Source: Chiloscyllium plagiosum (Eukaryota). Taken from it: 64,000 nt of DNA. The first letter of the stretch is position 1; every line of letters starts with the position of its first letter. Below, one piece after another: positions 14,611 to 27,593 of the stretch. The DNA is taken from positions 6,238,857 through 6,302,856 of the forward strand of contig NC_057718.1 in NCBI RefSeq assembly GCF_004010195.1. Reading direction: 5' to 3'. Below the pieces are notes generated by a model. That model was not told where the DNA came from. It saw only the letters and a program-made list of their open reading frames with translations, and searched no databases. A program made the translations under genes and the position numbers.

Positions 14611-15040
14611 ATACTGACAGGCTGGCCATGAATCTGTTAATTAGTTTTTCAAATATTGAATGGAGATATTTTAAACAAACACATCAAGATTATTGTGATT
14701 ATATGGATGGTGCTATTTCAAGGCTGTGAGAACAGTTGAAATGCATTTTTTGAAAATTTAACACACCTTTTGATTGAATCTTTGGGCAGAACAAGCACTT
14801 GAGTAGAAATTAATCTTGGATTGTGGTACTTAACAGAAGCCCGGCCCAATGTTTAGTTCCATTCATATAACTCCATGCAGGAAGTGAGTATAACAGGTAG
14901 TCAAAATAATACCACCCCTTTTAAGCAAATGCCAGAGACAAATTTCTATCCCAGTTCTTGTGTTTTCTGAGCAGGGGGACAGTTTGCTCCATGAAATGCC
15001 ACGTAAATGGTTTGAGCAGAGATCCCGCTCACTCACTCAC

Positions 15041-15643
15041 CCCTTGCCCTGATGGCTTTCACCTCCTCCACGATCCTGAGACATAGGGTCTGCGTCAGCT
15101 TCGTTGACACTCGCTGGAAGGAGTCAAAATCGTCCACCTGGTACACGTGAGTATTTTCAGGAGGCGAGGCGATAGCCACCAGCTCACTAAACACTGCATC
15201 TTTGACGCCCACCGCAAAGATCTCCACCCCAGCATCTCGCAGCTTCAAGGCAGGTTCCTTGAAGGCGTCGGAGGACTTGCCATCCGTGATCAGCACCATC
15301 ACCCGTGGCACGTTGAACCTAGCCCCTTTCTCTGGGACAAAGACCTTCTGCCTCACGTAAGTCATGGCCCTGCCAGTGTTGGTGGAGCCTCCCCTATAGG
15401 GGAAAGTCCGTATAGCGCTTAGCACATCCTCCAGCGTTTGATGTCTCATGAGGGTAAACTCTGTATGGGGTTCCCGGCTGTACTGAACGAGGCCAATTTG
15501 GATGCGGTTGGGACCAACCTGGAATGTTTTGACCAAGGTTTCCAGAAAGTCTTTGACCTTAGCAAAGTTACTCAGGCCAATGCTATAGGAGCCATCCACC
15601 AACAGGACAACATCAGCTTGTGTGGTTTCATCCAGGGTACATT
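15041..15643 (-). CDS. COL12A1: Collagen XII coding exon 9, complete vWA2 domain
   Basis: 603 nt, ctgcag| and |gtgagt, [19 protein letters not shown] and ITDGKSSD motifs. A single FN3 between two vWA domains is the collagen XII arrangement, not that of XIV or XX. Confidence 0.97.
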
Positions 15644-16074
15644 CTGCAGGGATCAAAAGATAAAATCCACTGTCACTTTTTTTTCTGATACTAAGAAATT
15701 TTTAATAGCTTTTCTGATCATCTCATGACAAATGAGATCGTCATTGATACTATGGAACATTGAGTTTACAACATAGAAACAGGCCATTTGGCCCATCTGA
15801 TCATTGTTGATGTCATATAGTCCTCCTCCCATCTGATTTAACTCCATCAACATGTCCTTCCATATCATTCTCCCTCATATGTCGACTGCTTTACAAGTCA
15901 ATTACTCCCTGAACTAACAACTTTAAAATTCCTACCTTCTCTGAGTAAAGACAGTTCCAATTAGATTTATTAGTGATGCTCTTATATTTATTGATGATAG
16001 TTTGGTCCGACCTCCCAACAAATAGAAATACCTTCACTTCATTTCCAATTTCATGATCTTAAAGACCTCTATCA

Positions 16075-16920
16075 GAGGATTGTATGCTGTACTATTCTGA
16101 TGAAAAGACTGTGAGGGAAGGATGTGATTGCAATGGAGGGGGTGCAGAGGACCCTCAACAGGATGTTGTCTGGGATGGAGAATTTCAACGAGGAAGAGAA
16201 GCAAGATAAGCTCAAGTTGCTTTCTCTGGAGCAGAGATGGTTGAGGGGGGATCTGATGGAGGTGTATAAGATTAAGAGGGGCATTATAAGGGGGAATAGA
16301 AAGTTAATGTAATCCTTAGTCAAAGGGTCAACAACAAGACGATCTAATTTTATGTTAAAGGCAGGAGGTTTAGAGAAGATTTGATGAATAGAGCTTCAAC
16401 CAGAAGGTGTGGAATGCATTAACTGGGAGGGTCATTAAGGCAAGGCTCTCATAATCTTCAAAAAGTACTTGGATGAGCACTTGAAGTGGTCATATCATGC
16501 AAGTCATGTTGTGAAGGAGCCGGTGTTGGACTGGGGTCGACTATGTTAAAAATCACACAATGTCAGGTTATAGTCCAACAGGTTTATTTGGAAGCGCTAG
16601 CTTTCGGAGCACTGCTCCTTCACTGTTTCCAAATAAACCTGTTGGACTATAACCTGGTGTTGTGTGATTTTTAACTATATCATGCAAGGCTATGGGCCTA
16701 ATGTAGGAAAGTAGGACCACTATGTTTGGCAGTGTACTTTTGGTAGGAGAAAGTGAGGACTGCAGATGCTGGAGATCAGAGCTGAAAATGTGTTGCTGGA
16801 AAAGCGCAGCATCCAGGGAGCAGGAGAATCGACGTTTCGGGCATGAGCCCTTCTTCAGGAAGTACTTTTGGTGACAGGGTAGATGGACTGAAGGGCTTTT
16901 TCTGTACTGTATGATTCTGT
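16075..16920 (+). mobile_element. CR1 LINE 3' fragment with two nested Penelope-derived mini-elements
   Basis: ORF remnant EGVQRTLNRMLSGM...LEQRWLRGDLMEVYKI; nested inserts at about 16504-16676 and 16745-16861 with direct-repeat flanks. Confidence 0.8.
16831..16858 (-). ncRNA. Minimal hammerhead ribozyme core, family A, intact, sense to the collagen pre-mRNA
   Basis: Minus strand reads CTGAAGA-A-GGGC-TCAT-GCCC-GAAA-CGTC. Confidence 0.7.
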
Positions 16921-17607
16921 GTGTAACATCTGATGCCATTTAAGATGGCAGGGCCTTCTTATTGTCAATTAGTTCTTGAAGTCCGCACCACAACTATATG
17001 GCACAGGTTAGTGTACCAGCAGGTCTTATTTTTGTATTTTCCTCTGCGTTTGAATAAGGCACAACCCACAGTCTTCCCACTTCATGATAAAATTACCACT
17101 GGGTCATGCTTTAGCATCTGTTGAACATTGTTCCATCTTCAGGAACATTCCCACTTCTGACTATATGATGAAGGGAAGATCATTGATGAAGCAACTGAGG
17201 ATGAGTGCCTCAGGACACTACCTTCAGAAACCTCTGCAGTGATAACCTGGAGATGGCATGATTGGCCTCCACCATTCACAATGACTTCCCTTGTTCTAGG
17301 TATGATTCCTCATGCTAGTTAAGACCACAGAGAATTTCCCCAACTCCCATTGACTCCACTTTTTAAAACAATTCCCTTCTTGTTCCTGTGTTTAGTTCAC
17401 TCTATGAATCATTGCAGTTGATAATCCTCCTCAAAAGAGTAACCATCTGAGTTATATGACTCTTAAACCATCTCTGCAAAGCCTTATCTATCTTTCTGTT
17501 CCTTTGTTCAGTGTCAGTGCATGGCCACAATGGGAAGTAACTTGGTATTTTGTCTATGGGTCTGCTAAATGCGTACTGAATCTTGGAGGACAACAATGGC
17601 AACTTAC

Positions 17608-17898
17608 CAACTGACTCCTTGACTGGCTGTGTCTTTTCCATGAGTGATACAGGCTCACTGGATGCTAGCCCTCGCATGGCGTACAGATTAACCTGATACT
17701 CGGTTTCAGCAGTAAGGTCTTTGACCACGGCTGTCCTGGTCCTGGCATCAACATTGACGCTTTGCTCCGGAATGCCAGCCACCATGGGAATGAGATGGAC
17801 TCTGTAACCAGTGACCTGACTGGGAGATGAATCCCAGACGAGCTTCATGAAATTAGACGCAATCTCCAAGACTTGTAGATTGGAAGGTGGCTCCACCA
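17608..17898 (-). CDS. COL12A1: Collagen XII coding exon 8, FN3-2 (VEPPSNLQVLE...EKTQPVKESV)
   Basis: 291 nt, ctacag| and |gtaagt, complete FN3 module. Confidence 0.97.
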
Positions 17899-19422
17899 CT
17901 GTAGATTGCAGAAAAATATTACAACATGAAAAGACTTCCCAAGAAATGTTCTGAACATGTAATGTAGATGTTAAGAGTTCAGTCTTTGATTGACTTCATC
18001 TATCAGGATGGATGCTACAACACAGAAACTGACCATTCGGTTTATATTCCACATGGCTACTCCCTCAACTATTCCCTGTGTGCCATATTCTCACCACTCT
18101 GATTTTAAAAAAACCTCTAGATTCCTTATTGATGATGATCTCCTAGTTATGACACCTGGTTCTGGACTTCCCCAAAATATCTTTTCCACATCTACCCTAT
18201 CAAGGTCTTTCACAATTTTAAAGGCCTCTATCAGAAAACCTCTCCATGAGACTGCCATTGCAACAGCAGCATTGGCAATGGACAAAACCATTCTGATGAA
18301 GAATCATTGGATTTGCAATATTGTTTCTGCCAGACCGATAGAGTTTCGCCAGCAATTTCTGTTTTAGTTTGTTTCAGATCTCCAGCATCTGCAGTTCTTT
18401 GTTTCATTATTCTGAGCCATTTCCATGGGTGGGGAGACTATTAATCCCAAGACTCAGGCAAGGTTCTAGGTCCTATCATGGCAGATGTTGGAATTTGAAT
18501 TTTAAAAAGTCTGGAACAATGGGTTTAATAATGACCATGCAACTGTTGTTGATTTTTTTAAAAAGCAAATTAATTATGGATGCTGTAAATCAAAAAAAAA
18601 ATCAGAAATTGCTGGAAAAGCTTAGCAGGTCTGGCAGCATCTGTAGAGAGAAATCAAAATTAGCATTTCCGGTTAAGTGACTCTGCCTCCAAACCCTTGA
18701 TTGTCAACTGATTGTTGATTTCTGGGGGAAACCCTATCTGCCTCGTTGATTTCCTTTAGGGAAGGAAGCAGCTGTCCTAATCAGGTCAGGCCTACATGTG
18801 ACTCCAGACCCACAGCAATGTGGTTGACTCATAACAGCCCTCTGGCCAATTAAGCATGGGCAATAAATGCTGGCTTAATCAGCAAAGTCCCAATGCATGA
18901 GCAAATCAATAAAAAACTTCATTCCCAACTCCCACCTCCAAACTCACAACCCTGGGAACATTCTGCACAAACCTGAGTATATTGAGTCATACAGTCGTAC
19001 AGGATGGAAACAGACCCATCTGTCCAATCAGTCCATGCTGAACATAATCCCAAACTAAACTAGCCCTACCTGCCTGCTCTTGGCCATCCAATACCTTTCT
19101 TATTTATGTACCTATCAAAATGTATTTTATTTGTTGTAATTGAACGCACATCCACCACTGCCTCAGAAAGTTCATCGCACACACGAACCACCCTCTGTGT
19201 AAAACATTTGCCTCCCATGTCTTTTTTAAATCTCTCTTCTCTCACCTTAAAAATGTTGCCCCGGTCTTGAAGTTCCCCACCCGAGGGAAAAGACAACTAC
19301 CATCATACGATCTACACTCTTCATTATTTTATAAACCTCTCAACATCCGACACTCCAGTAAAATTACTGTTTAATTCTAATGGAAAGGAAGAAGTTCTTT
19401 CCCTCTTATTAATAAATCCTAC

Positions 19423-19596
19423 CTTCCTCCCCACTCACGATATCGCTGAGTTGTTCCTCGATGCCAGAACACACCAGGTTTATTATTTCATTTTGAACAT
19501 CCTGGATGTTGTCAAAGTCTGCCACTTTGAAGACATGCTTGTTTAGGGGGGAGGAGCCGATCAATTTCAATTCATCCAAATCAGCTCCTTTTATAC
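19423..19596 (-). CDS. COL12A1: Collagen XII coding exon 7, vWA1 C-part ([10 protein letters not shown]...IVSGEE)
   Basis: 174 nt, ccccag| and |gtagga, phase 1-1. Confidence 0.96.
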
Positions 19597-20743
19597 CTGG
19601 GGAAGGGAAAGCAAAAGGGTTTTGGAGCAAATAAAGGCTTGCGCTGATTCTTTCAAAGCATGGCATTGGAGGAAAGCCGACAAGTGATGTTTCATGACAG
19701 TTTAATCATCCATGCTCACAGTGCTTTGTTGGATGCCTTCATGTTTCTGTCATAGTTCAAAGTCATAAGAAAAAAAGCCAAAGATCTCAACATGCACAGA
19801 AAGTATTCACAGGCAGATATAATTCAGCAGCCCGCACTTCAGAAAGATAACAAGAACAAGACACAGGGCAAATCAAGGAAAACTAAATTGGGTGCCACCA
19901 GGCTTGACATTTAGAAACCTTTAGAGCATACACAGAAGAGGGGGAAAAAAGACCTGTATTTACATAGCACCTTTCACAACCTTCAGAGGCCCCAAAACAC
20001 TTTACACCCATGGAGTACTTCTGAAGTGTAGTCACCAGTGCAGTGAAGCAAATGCAGCAACCAATTTACACACAGCAAGGCAGAACATTGAAAGGCATTG
20101 AGGAGCTCGGCACTAGTTCATTTCTGAAAAAGCGTAATTCCAAGCAGAAGGCAGTACAAAGAGAAAGAGGAAGGAACAGTGCATTAGGTGTCACAACTAA
20201 AACCTGGAGTGAATGAGAAAAGAAAGTGATGACGAGCAATGATACATCTGACTTGGGATCAAATGAAAGGGCAGACTGGTTGTGAGAGAGAGAGGATTGG
20301 GGTTGTAGGTAGGGAGACAGTTCCAAATTGAGAAAACAAGCCTTATTTTGTGTTCTATCCAGGAGTGTGAGAAGAAGGTGCCAGAGAGGCTCCCCAGATA
20401 TAGGAGAACTATTCAAGTCTTGGACAGATGTGGACATTGTAAGACATTAGACATCATGCCAAAGAAAGCAGCAGCTTGTGGGAATATAAGGTTGGATGCA
20501 GGATTGGATGTATAGTCTAGTTTATTTATCTTGGGCAGCAAAGCGAGAAACTTTACAGACGTTTTCCACAGGACACTCAGCATGTTGAGTCTCAGATAGA
20601 GAGGTTTGTATGCAGGCTGTGGAAGGAAGAGGTTGATAGGGCTGGATGGTCATTTTCCTTTCCATGCTCTACAGTCTGCGTGCAATGCTAGGCAAGTGTG
20701 GCTTTAGGGTTAAAGAAAGAATTGTAGGTATAAAGCATCTCAC

Positions 20744-20908
20744 CTAATGTAAATACCTCAACCCCGATATTGCGTAGAGCTTCAGCACTTTCTGTCACAG
20801 GGTCCTGGGACTTGCCGTCAGTGATGATGACTGCTATTTTGGGATAGGATTTTCTTGCTCCAGCAGTTTCACTAAAGGTGTTCTGTACCAAGTAATTAAT
20901 GGCTTCAC
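20744..20908 (-). CDS. COL12A1: Collagen XII coding exon 6, vWA1 middle (EAINYLV...[10 protein letters not shown]...VFTL)
   Basis: 165 nt, ttgtag| and |gtgaga, ITDG vWA motif. Confidence 0.97.
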
Positions 20909-21254
20909 CTACAAACCAAACATTAGACAATTTCAAATCAGTCACGGTATTCAATACATTTTAATCCACAACAGACATTTCAGCTCTCCTGAGATTAATG
21001 CCTTTATGTTATTCTCATTTCCCCATATGACCTGACTCTTTGATTAATTTCAAGCCTTTAATTCACATCCATTATTTGATACATAAACTACCTCAACCCC
21101 TTGATTAGATTTCAGCCTCCAACTCACATGCAAATATTCATTACATTCGCTGAATGAGCATCTATACCTAACCTTTCATCTTACATTGACTTTAAATCAC
21201 AGTTTATAAGATAGCTGGAGTACTTGAAAGCGAGATAAAAATAATGTTCTGTAC

Positions 21255-21518
21255 CAGTCATTGTATTGCCTCCCTTGTAAGGAAGATTAGTAATCGCACT
21301 CAGTAGCTCCTGCTTCCGATTGTATCTGTTTAAGTCAAACTCTGTCCTTGTGTCCGAACTGTACTGCACAATTCCAACTCTGGTCTTATCTTCTCCAATC
21401 TCAAATGCAGAAACGAGGGAGTAGATGAATTCCCTGATTTTTTTGAAATTTGCCCTGCCCACACTCCATGATCCATCAACGAGAAATACCAAATCGGCAA
21501 CTGCAGAGGCTGAGCACT
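21255..21518 (-). CDS. COL12A1: Collagen XII coding exon 5, vWA1 N-part ([18 protein letters not shown]...YKGGNTMT)
   Basis: 264 nt, ctccag| and |gtacag, MIDAS DxSxS motif (DGSWS). Confidence 0.97.
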
Positions 21519-21534
21519 CTGGAGGAATAAAATA

Positions 21535-21822
21535 TTTAGATTAGATTACTTACAGTGTGGAAACAGGCCCTTCAGCCCAAACCAATCCTCCAAAGAGTAA
21601 CCCATCCAGGACCATTTCCCTCCTAACACAAGGACTAATAGGCAATTCAGCATGGCCAATTCACCTGACCTGCACATCTTTTGACTGTGGGAGGAAACCA
21701 GAGCAAACCCACACAGAGAAGACGTGCAAACTCCACACAGACAGTCGCCTGAGGCTGGAATCAAACCTAGGACCCTAGTGCTGTGAGGGAGCAGTGCTAA
21801 CCACTGAGCCACCATGCCACCC
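21535..21822 (-). mobile_element. V-SINE (HE1-like), ending about 15 nt from the acceptor of coding exon 5
   Basis: Head, core and (ctaat)n tail on the minus strand. Confidence 0.8.
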
Positions 21823-22730
21823 CAACAGGGGGCTGTATTGACAGCAGGATTTAATGAGGATTAACCATAACACCAACACTCAAAGTAAATACAATGACAC
21901 AACATCCCAGCCAATGGTGAGGTATAGAGTATGTGAAAGGAGTGGAGCAGCTTCACCTGATTGGTCCCAGGGTTGAGAAACAGTGGTAATGAGAAGAAAC
22001 TAAAGAAAGAGGAGTTGTTCTATTTGGAACTGAGGCAGTGAAGAGGAAACTTGGTCTGGGGTTCTTGACATCTTAAAGGTTTTAATGAAACAACTAAAAA
22101 GAAAATTACAGACAGGAGGGTGTGTAATGAGAGAACACAGACTTAAAGTAATGGGAAGGCAGACAGTGAAAGAACGAGGAAAACAGTTTTGATGTAGAGG
22201 TGCTGGTGTTGGACTGGACAGGTTACAGGTTCATTTAAAATCTCAAGTTTTCAGAGCACTGCTCCTTCATCAGGTGAAGTGGAAGGAAGTGAATAGGCAC
22301 AAAATATACAGTCAAAAATCACACGACCCCGGGTTATAGTCCAACAGGTTTATTTGAAAGCATAAGCTTACAAAGCTCTGCTCCTTTTGCAAGTAGCTAG
22401 TGAGAGAGGGTATATCAGATACAAAATTTATAAGTAAAAGATCAAACGCTCATACAACTGACCCAAATGAACTGAACAAACCTAGATAGCTATTAAGTCT
22501 TTAATCAATTAGAATGGAGGTGCAGGTTTCAAGTGATTAAAATGTATATTGCAGAATTCTTTTCAAGTCACTGCACCAAGTTAATTTAAGGTTTTATCAG
22601 TATAAAAAAGGTGACAGCTCAGGTCAGAGTGTGATAGAATACTTTCCATTTGCTTGGATGATTGTAGCTCCAATAACACTCAAGAGGTTGGATACTATCC
22701 AGGACAAATTGGCCCCTTTGAATGGTAGTG

Positions 22731-22940
22731 TCTAGATTAGAGTAATGCTGGAAAAGCACAGCAGGTCAGGCAGCATCCAAGGAGCAAGAAAATTGATGTT
22801 TCGGGCAAAAGTCATCTATTCCTGATGAAGGGCTTTTGCCCAAAACGTCGATTTTCCTGCTCCTCGGATGCTGCCTGACCTGCTGTGCTTTTCCAGCACC
22901 ATTCTAATCTAGACTCTGGTTTCCAGCATCTGCAGTCGTT
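22731..22940. mobile_element. Fold-back Penelope-derived mini-element (family A)
   Basis: Two inverted copies of the family A terminus; hammerhead core at 22822-22849 has GAAA changed to AAAA. Confidence 0.65.
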
Positions 22941-24415
22941 GTTTTTATCCCTTGAATGGTACCCTATTCATCAGCTTAAACAATTGAATCCTCCACTATC
23001 ACCACACAGTAGCAAGGATATGAACCATCCATTAGATGCGTTACCACAACTCAATGAATCTCGATCAACAGCACTTTCCAAAACTATAATTTCTACCACC
23101 TAGAAAGACAAGGGCAGCAAATACGTAGGAACATCACTTCCTGTAAGTTCCTGTCTAAGCTACACCCCTTCCTGATGTAGAATAATGTTGCTGTCGCTTC
23201 ACTGTCACTGGGTCAACATCCTGGACTTCCAACCTGAATGGAACTGAAGGTCTATGTACATCACATGGGCTGTAGTCCAAGAGGGCAGTTCACCACGACC
23301 ATTTTAAGGGCAATTAAGGATGGGTAATAAATGTTAGCGCAACCAGTGACACCCACATCCCATGAAAGACTAAAAACGAACTTAATGGATGAACATAAAC
23401 ATTCAGCAATAAGGACATTTTAAACTCATAACAATCAGAAAAGCATTTGCATCTTCTCCTTTTCATTGTAGCGATTTACCAACTAACGTGCCAAAGATTA
23501 AGAGTTCACACACACTATGCAAATGTGAGTATCAAGATTACATACTAATCAGAAATATAATTAACCACATCTGGATTTACAATTAACAACATGTGGCTTA
23601 TGTGTTGGAAAACACTGATTTATTCCAGCTCCCACTTTTCGATGGGACAGTGTCCAGCACTTTCTGTAAATGATTGTTCTAAACGCATAGTTTTGTCAAA
23701 GTGGTATCACTGATTGGAGACTTAATCTCACAGCACAGTATAAAAGTCCCACAAATAACAACATCATCAGAACACAAAGACAGGTCAACATGTGTCTTGA
23801 CACTTTAGACAACAAAACTTGATGGGCGTCAGTGCTACAGCAACTGGCTCTCAGCCTTCAAGAATGAAGCCAGTTCCTGTTCTGACACACAACACTACAA
23901 GTGAAGACATGGGGCCATAGGGAACAACCTTATCCAGGCAGCAACAACCAAAAATGGAGATCCTAACATGGCTTCAATCTCATGTACACTTTGGAGCAAT
24001 GTTGTCTGTTCCCTGATCTATGTCACTGATAGACTTGACCATTCCAAAATTCCACTGGTGAGCCTGTCACCTCCCAAGCTCTTTAAACTTGCAATCAACC
24101 AATAGCTTCCTGCCCAGACTTTCTTGCACCAAGTTCAATGCATCCATCATCACCCCTTGCTTACTGATCAGCACTGACTCTCAACCAGTAGCTCCTCAAT
24201 TGTAAAATTCTTATCTTTGTCTTCAAACATATCTGATATTTGCAACCTCCACCAATTCTATAGCTCGCTGAAATCTATACATTACACCAATTCTGGCCTC
24301 CAGCACGTCATTATCTTTTAATCACTTAGTGACCGACTCTTCAATTGCTTGGCCCTTAAGCTCTGGAATTTCCTTCAAAGCTCAGATTAAAAGCCAACCC
24401 ACGCTAATTTCTCTG

Positions 24416-25127
24416 AGAATCATAGAATCAAAAAGAATTGAAGAGGTTCTTCAGTCCATCCAGTCTGTACTGCCAAAAATACACTACTCCCAAAATTAAT
24501 CCACTTTCCCAAACTACGCCCAAAACCTCAAACAACATGACACTTCAAGTGCTCATCCAAGTACTGTTAACAGGTGTGAGGTTTCCCACCTCAACTACCC
24601 TCCCAGGAAGTGCATTCCAGATTCCCACCACCCTCTGGGTGACAAAGCTTCTCAAATCGCCTCTAAACTTCCTTCCTTTGACTTTAAAATTATGTCCCCT
24701 TGTAACTAGCCTTTCAATGACCCTGTTTGCTGTTTAACAAGTCCATTGCCTCATCATCTTTTCTATCTCTATCAGGTCACCTCTCAACCTTCTCTGTTCC
24801 AAAGAAAATGACCTGAGCTTATCCAGGCTCTCTTCATCACTGAAATGCTCCATCCCAGGCAATGTCCTCTGCACCCCCTCCAGTGCAATCACATTCTTCC
24901 TCTGGTGTGGTATCAGAACCATACACAGAATTCCAGCTGTGGCCTGACCAAAGACTTGTACAGCTCTATTATAACCTCCCTGCTCTAATAGTCTATGCCT
25001 TGACTGCTAAATTGTCCCAAATGCCTTCTTATTTACCCTACTAATATGCCCTGCCCCCTTCAGGCTTCTGAGGACAAGTTCCCCAAAATCCCATTGCTCC
25101 CATGAACCTCCTAGTAAACTTCCATTC
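24416..25127 (-). mobile_element. CR1 LINE 3' fragment
   Basis: ORF remnant ALEGVQR...FSLEQRRLRGDLIE and gattctat tail. Confidence 0.85.
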
Positions 25128-25835
25128 ACATCATGAGAACACAAAGACAGGTTAACATGTGTCTTGACACCTTGGACGACAAAACTCGATGGGCATCAAT
25201 GCTACAGCAACTGGCTCTCAGCCTTCAAGAATGGAGCCAGTTCCTGCTCTAACACACAACACTACACGTAGAGCCACAGGGAACAACCTTATCCAGATGG
25301 CAACAATCAAAAACGGAGATCCTAACATGGCTTCATTCTCATATACAATTTGGAGCAATGTCGTCTGTTCCCTGATCTATATCACTGATAGACTTGACCT
25401 TTCAAATGCCAAATGGTTATGATAGCAATACTAAGAATTTGGGATTACGTTAAGTGTGCCCTTTTAAAACTTGATTCTCAATGTGTGGGCATCAGTGGTG
25501 GGAACTACATGTATTGATAATCTCAACCTGCCCTTGAGAAGGTGGTGGTGAGCTGCCTTCTCAAACCACAGCAGGTCTTGGGGTGCAGGTACCTCCAAAA
25601 TTCTCTTAAGGAGAGGGCTCCATGATTTTGACTGAGCAACACTGAAGGAATGGCGATATATTTCTAAATCAGGACGGTGAGTGAAATAGAAAGAAACTGG
25701 CAACTGGTGGTGGTCAATGCGTCTGCTGCCCTTGTCCTTCTGAGATCGTATTATGACACACTATTGCTGACTTTGCTTGTGTTTCTAGACACTCCGTGTA
25801 CCTGAGGAGACTGAAAATAAACCCATCAAACTTAC

Positions 25836-25892
25836 TTTTGGAAAGTTCTTCTAGTTTTTTCGGTCGCTTAGTTGGTGTACGACCTGACTGAA
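25836..25892 (-). CDS. COL12A1: Collagen XII coding exon 4, basic linker (QSGRTPTKRPKKLEELSK)
   Basis: 57 nt, tctcctag| and |gtaagt, phase 1-1, keeps the frame between FN3-1 and vWA1. Confidence 0.88.
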
Positions 25893-26526
25893 CTAGGAGA
25901 GAAACAAAACATATGTAAACCAGCAAATATGTTCATTCATTTTCTGACATTAAACCACAACTATACATCCCTGGACTGATGTGGACGAGCCATGTTGGAC
26001 AAAGTTAAAATCACACAACACCAGGTTATAATCCAACAGGTTTATTTGGAAACACTACATTTCAGGTAGACAACTACCTGATGAAGGAGCAGTGATCCAA
26101 AAGTTGGTGCTTCCAAATAAACCTGTTGGACTGTAACTTGGTGTTGTGTGATTAGCAACTTTAACCCTGGACTCAACAGCATTATGTGAGCTGGTTCATG
26201 AAGCGAATAAACATGTGTGCAGCTGATTGTAAATATTTTAACCAACTGTTCGAAGATGCTATGACACATCTCTGAAGCATGGAGAATGTGAACCCAGACC
26301 TTCTAGCCCAGAGACAGGGACAACACCACTCCATCTCAACAGCCCTAAAAGGATATAGCAGACAATGCATGGCTCAAACCCATGACTGAGGCGAAGAGTC
26401 TGACAATCTACTTACTGAGTCACCTGGGAGTCTCACAGTATTCATCTGCAATAAACGATGAGGGGCATGAAAATGTTCACACACAGTCCAAAAGGGGGCA
26501 GCAGATTCCCTTCCTTGAAGAATTTG

Positions 26527-26744
26527 TGATTTGGAGATGTCGGTGTTGGACTGGGGTGTACAAAGTTAAAAATCACACAACACCAGGCTATAGTCCATCA
26601 GGTTTACTTGGAAGCACTAGCTTTCAGAGTGGCGCTCCTTCATCAGGTGGTTGTCAATCACCTGATGAAGGAGCAGCGTTCTGAAAGCTAGTGCTTCCAA
26701 TTAAATCTGTTGGACTATAACCTGGTGTTGTGTGATTTTTAACT
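26527..26744. mobile_element. Fold-back Penelope-derived mini-element (family B) with two hammerhead cores
   Basis: Inverted arms; cores at 26618-26646 (-) and 26662-26690 (+); flanking direct repeat ttgaagaatttg at 26515-26526 and 26745-26756. Confidence 0.75.
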
Positions 26745-27078
26745 TTGAAGAATTTGATTGAACCAGACAGGTTTTCTTTAACAATTCAGCAATTTTTGGA
26801 GTCAATATTTTTCTTTTATTCTGGTGCTAGACCAGAAAAGGACAGGTTTATTTAGTTCACTTTCACAATTGGTCATTGATAGAATTTGAGCTTATGGTCC
26901 TTAGGTTCCTACCAAAATATCTATCCATGCTCTTTAATCTGAGCATTAACTAGTGTAACAGGTGTCATAAATAGAACACAGCATGCACACATTATAAACG
27001 ATTGCGTATATGCATGTACCAATATATTTTTAATACCCTTAATCCATATATAGGCTTTAAGATGCAGTTTGCACCTAC

Positions 27079-27222
27079 TTGTAAGTTGTCCATAAACTGG
27101 TACACTTTCTGATGAACGGTCAAATGCAACTAACGTCACCACATATTCCACGTCAGGAATTAAGTCTGTTAACGTTGTTTTGCTTGCACCCTGGGGTAAT
27201 ATCATTTCCTTTGCAGATCCAA
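27079..27222 (-). CDS. COL12A1: Collagen XII coding exon 3, second half of FN3-1 (GSAKEMILPQ...VPVYGQLT)
   Basis: 144 nt, ttccag| and |gtaggt, phase 1-1, LxPxxEY FN3 motif. Confidence 0.95.
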
Positions 27223-27593
27223 CTGGAAAAGAGCAAATGATCCAATTAAAAGGTACGTAAAACATACATCAAAAATCACAACAGTAATGCAACAGATATG
27301 TGAGTGATAGAAAAGTCATTCTGAGGAATAAATGGAATATTTTTTGTGTGTTTTATAAATCTATAATAAGCTCTGATAGGTAAGTTTAACCTGACCTACC
27401 TGGAAGGAAACTAATGGATTCAAAGTCACTGTAAAATAACAATTATCACTTCCTGGCAGAATCAGTTAGGATAATATAGTGTAGAAAAGATTCTGAGTTG
27501 CACCATAGCAACCACTACACAATTAATTTAACAACCAATAAATATAGAGAGACTTTATAGGCTTGAAAATGGAAAAATGCAAAGAGATTTCAG

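Noticed and set aside
15147..15728. Plus-strand ORFs over the vWA2 exon
   Set aside because: Antisense shadows of a GC-rich coding exon.
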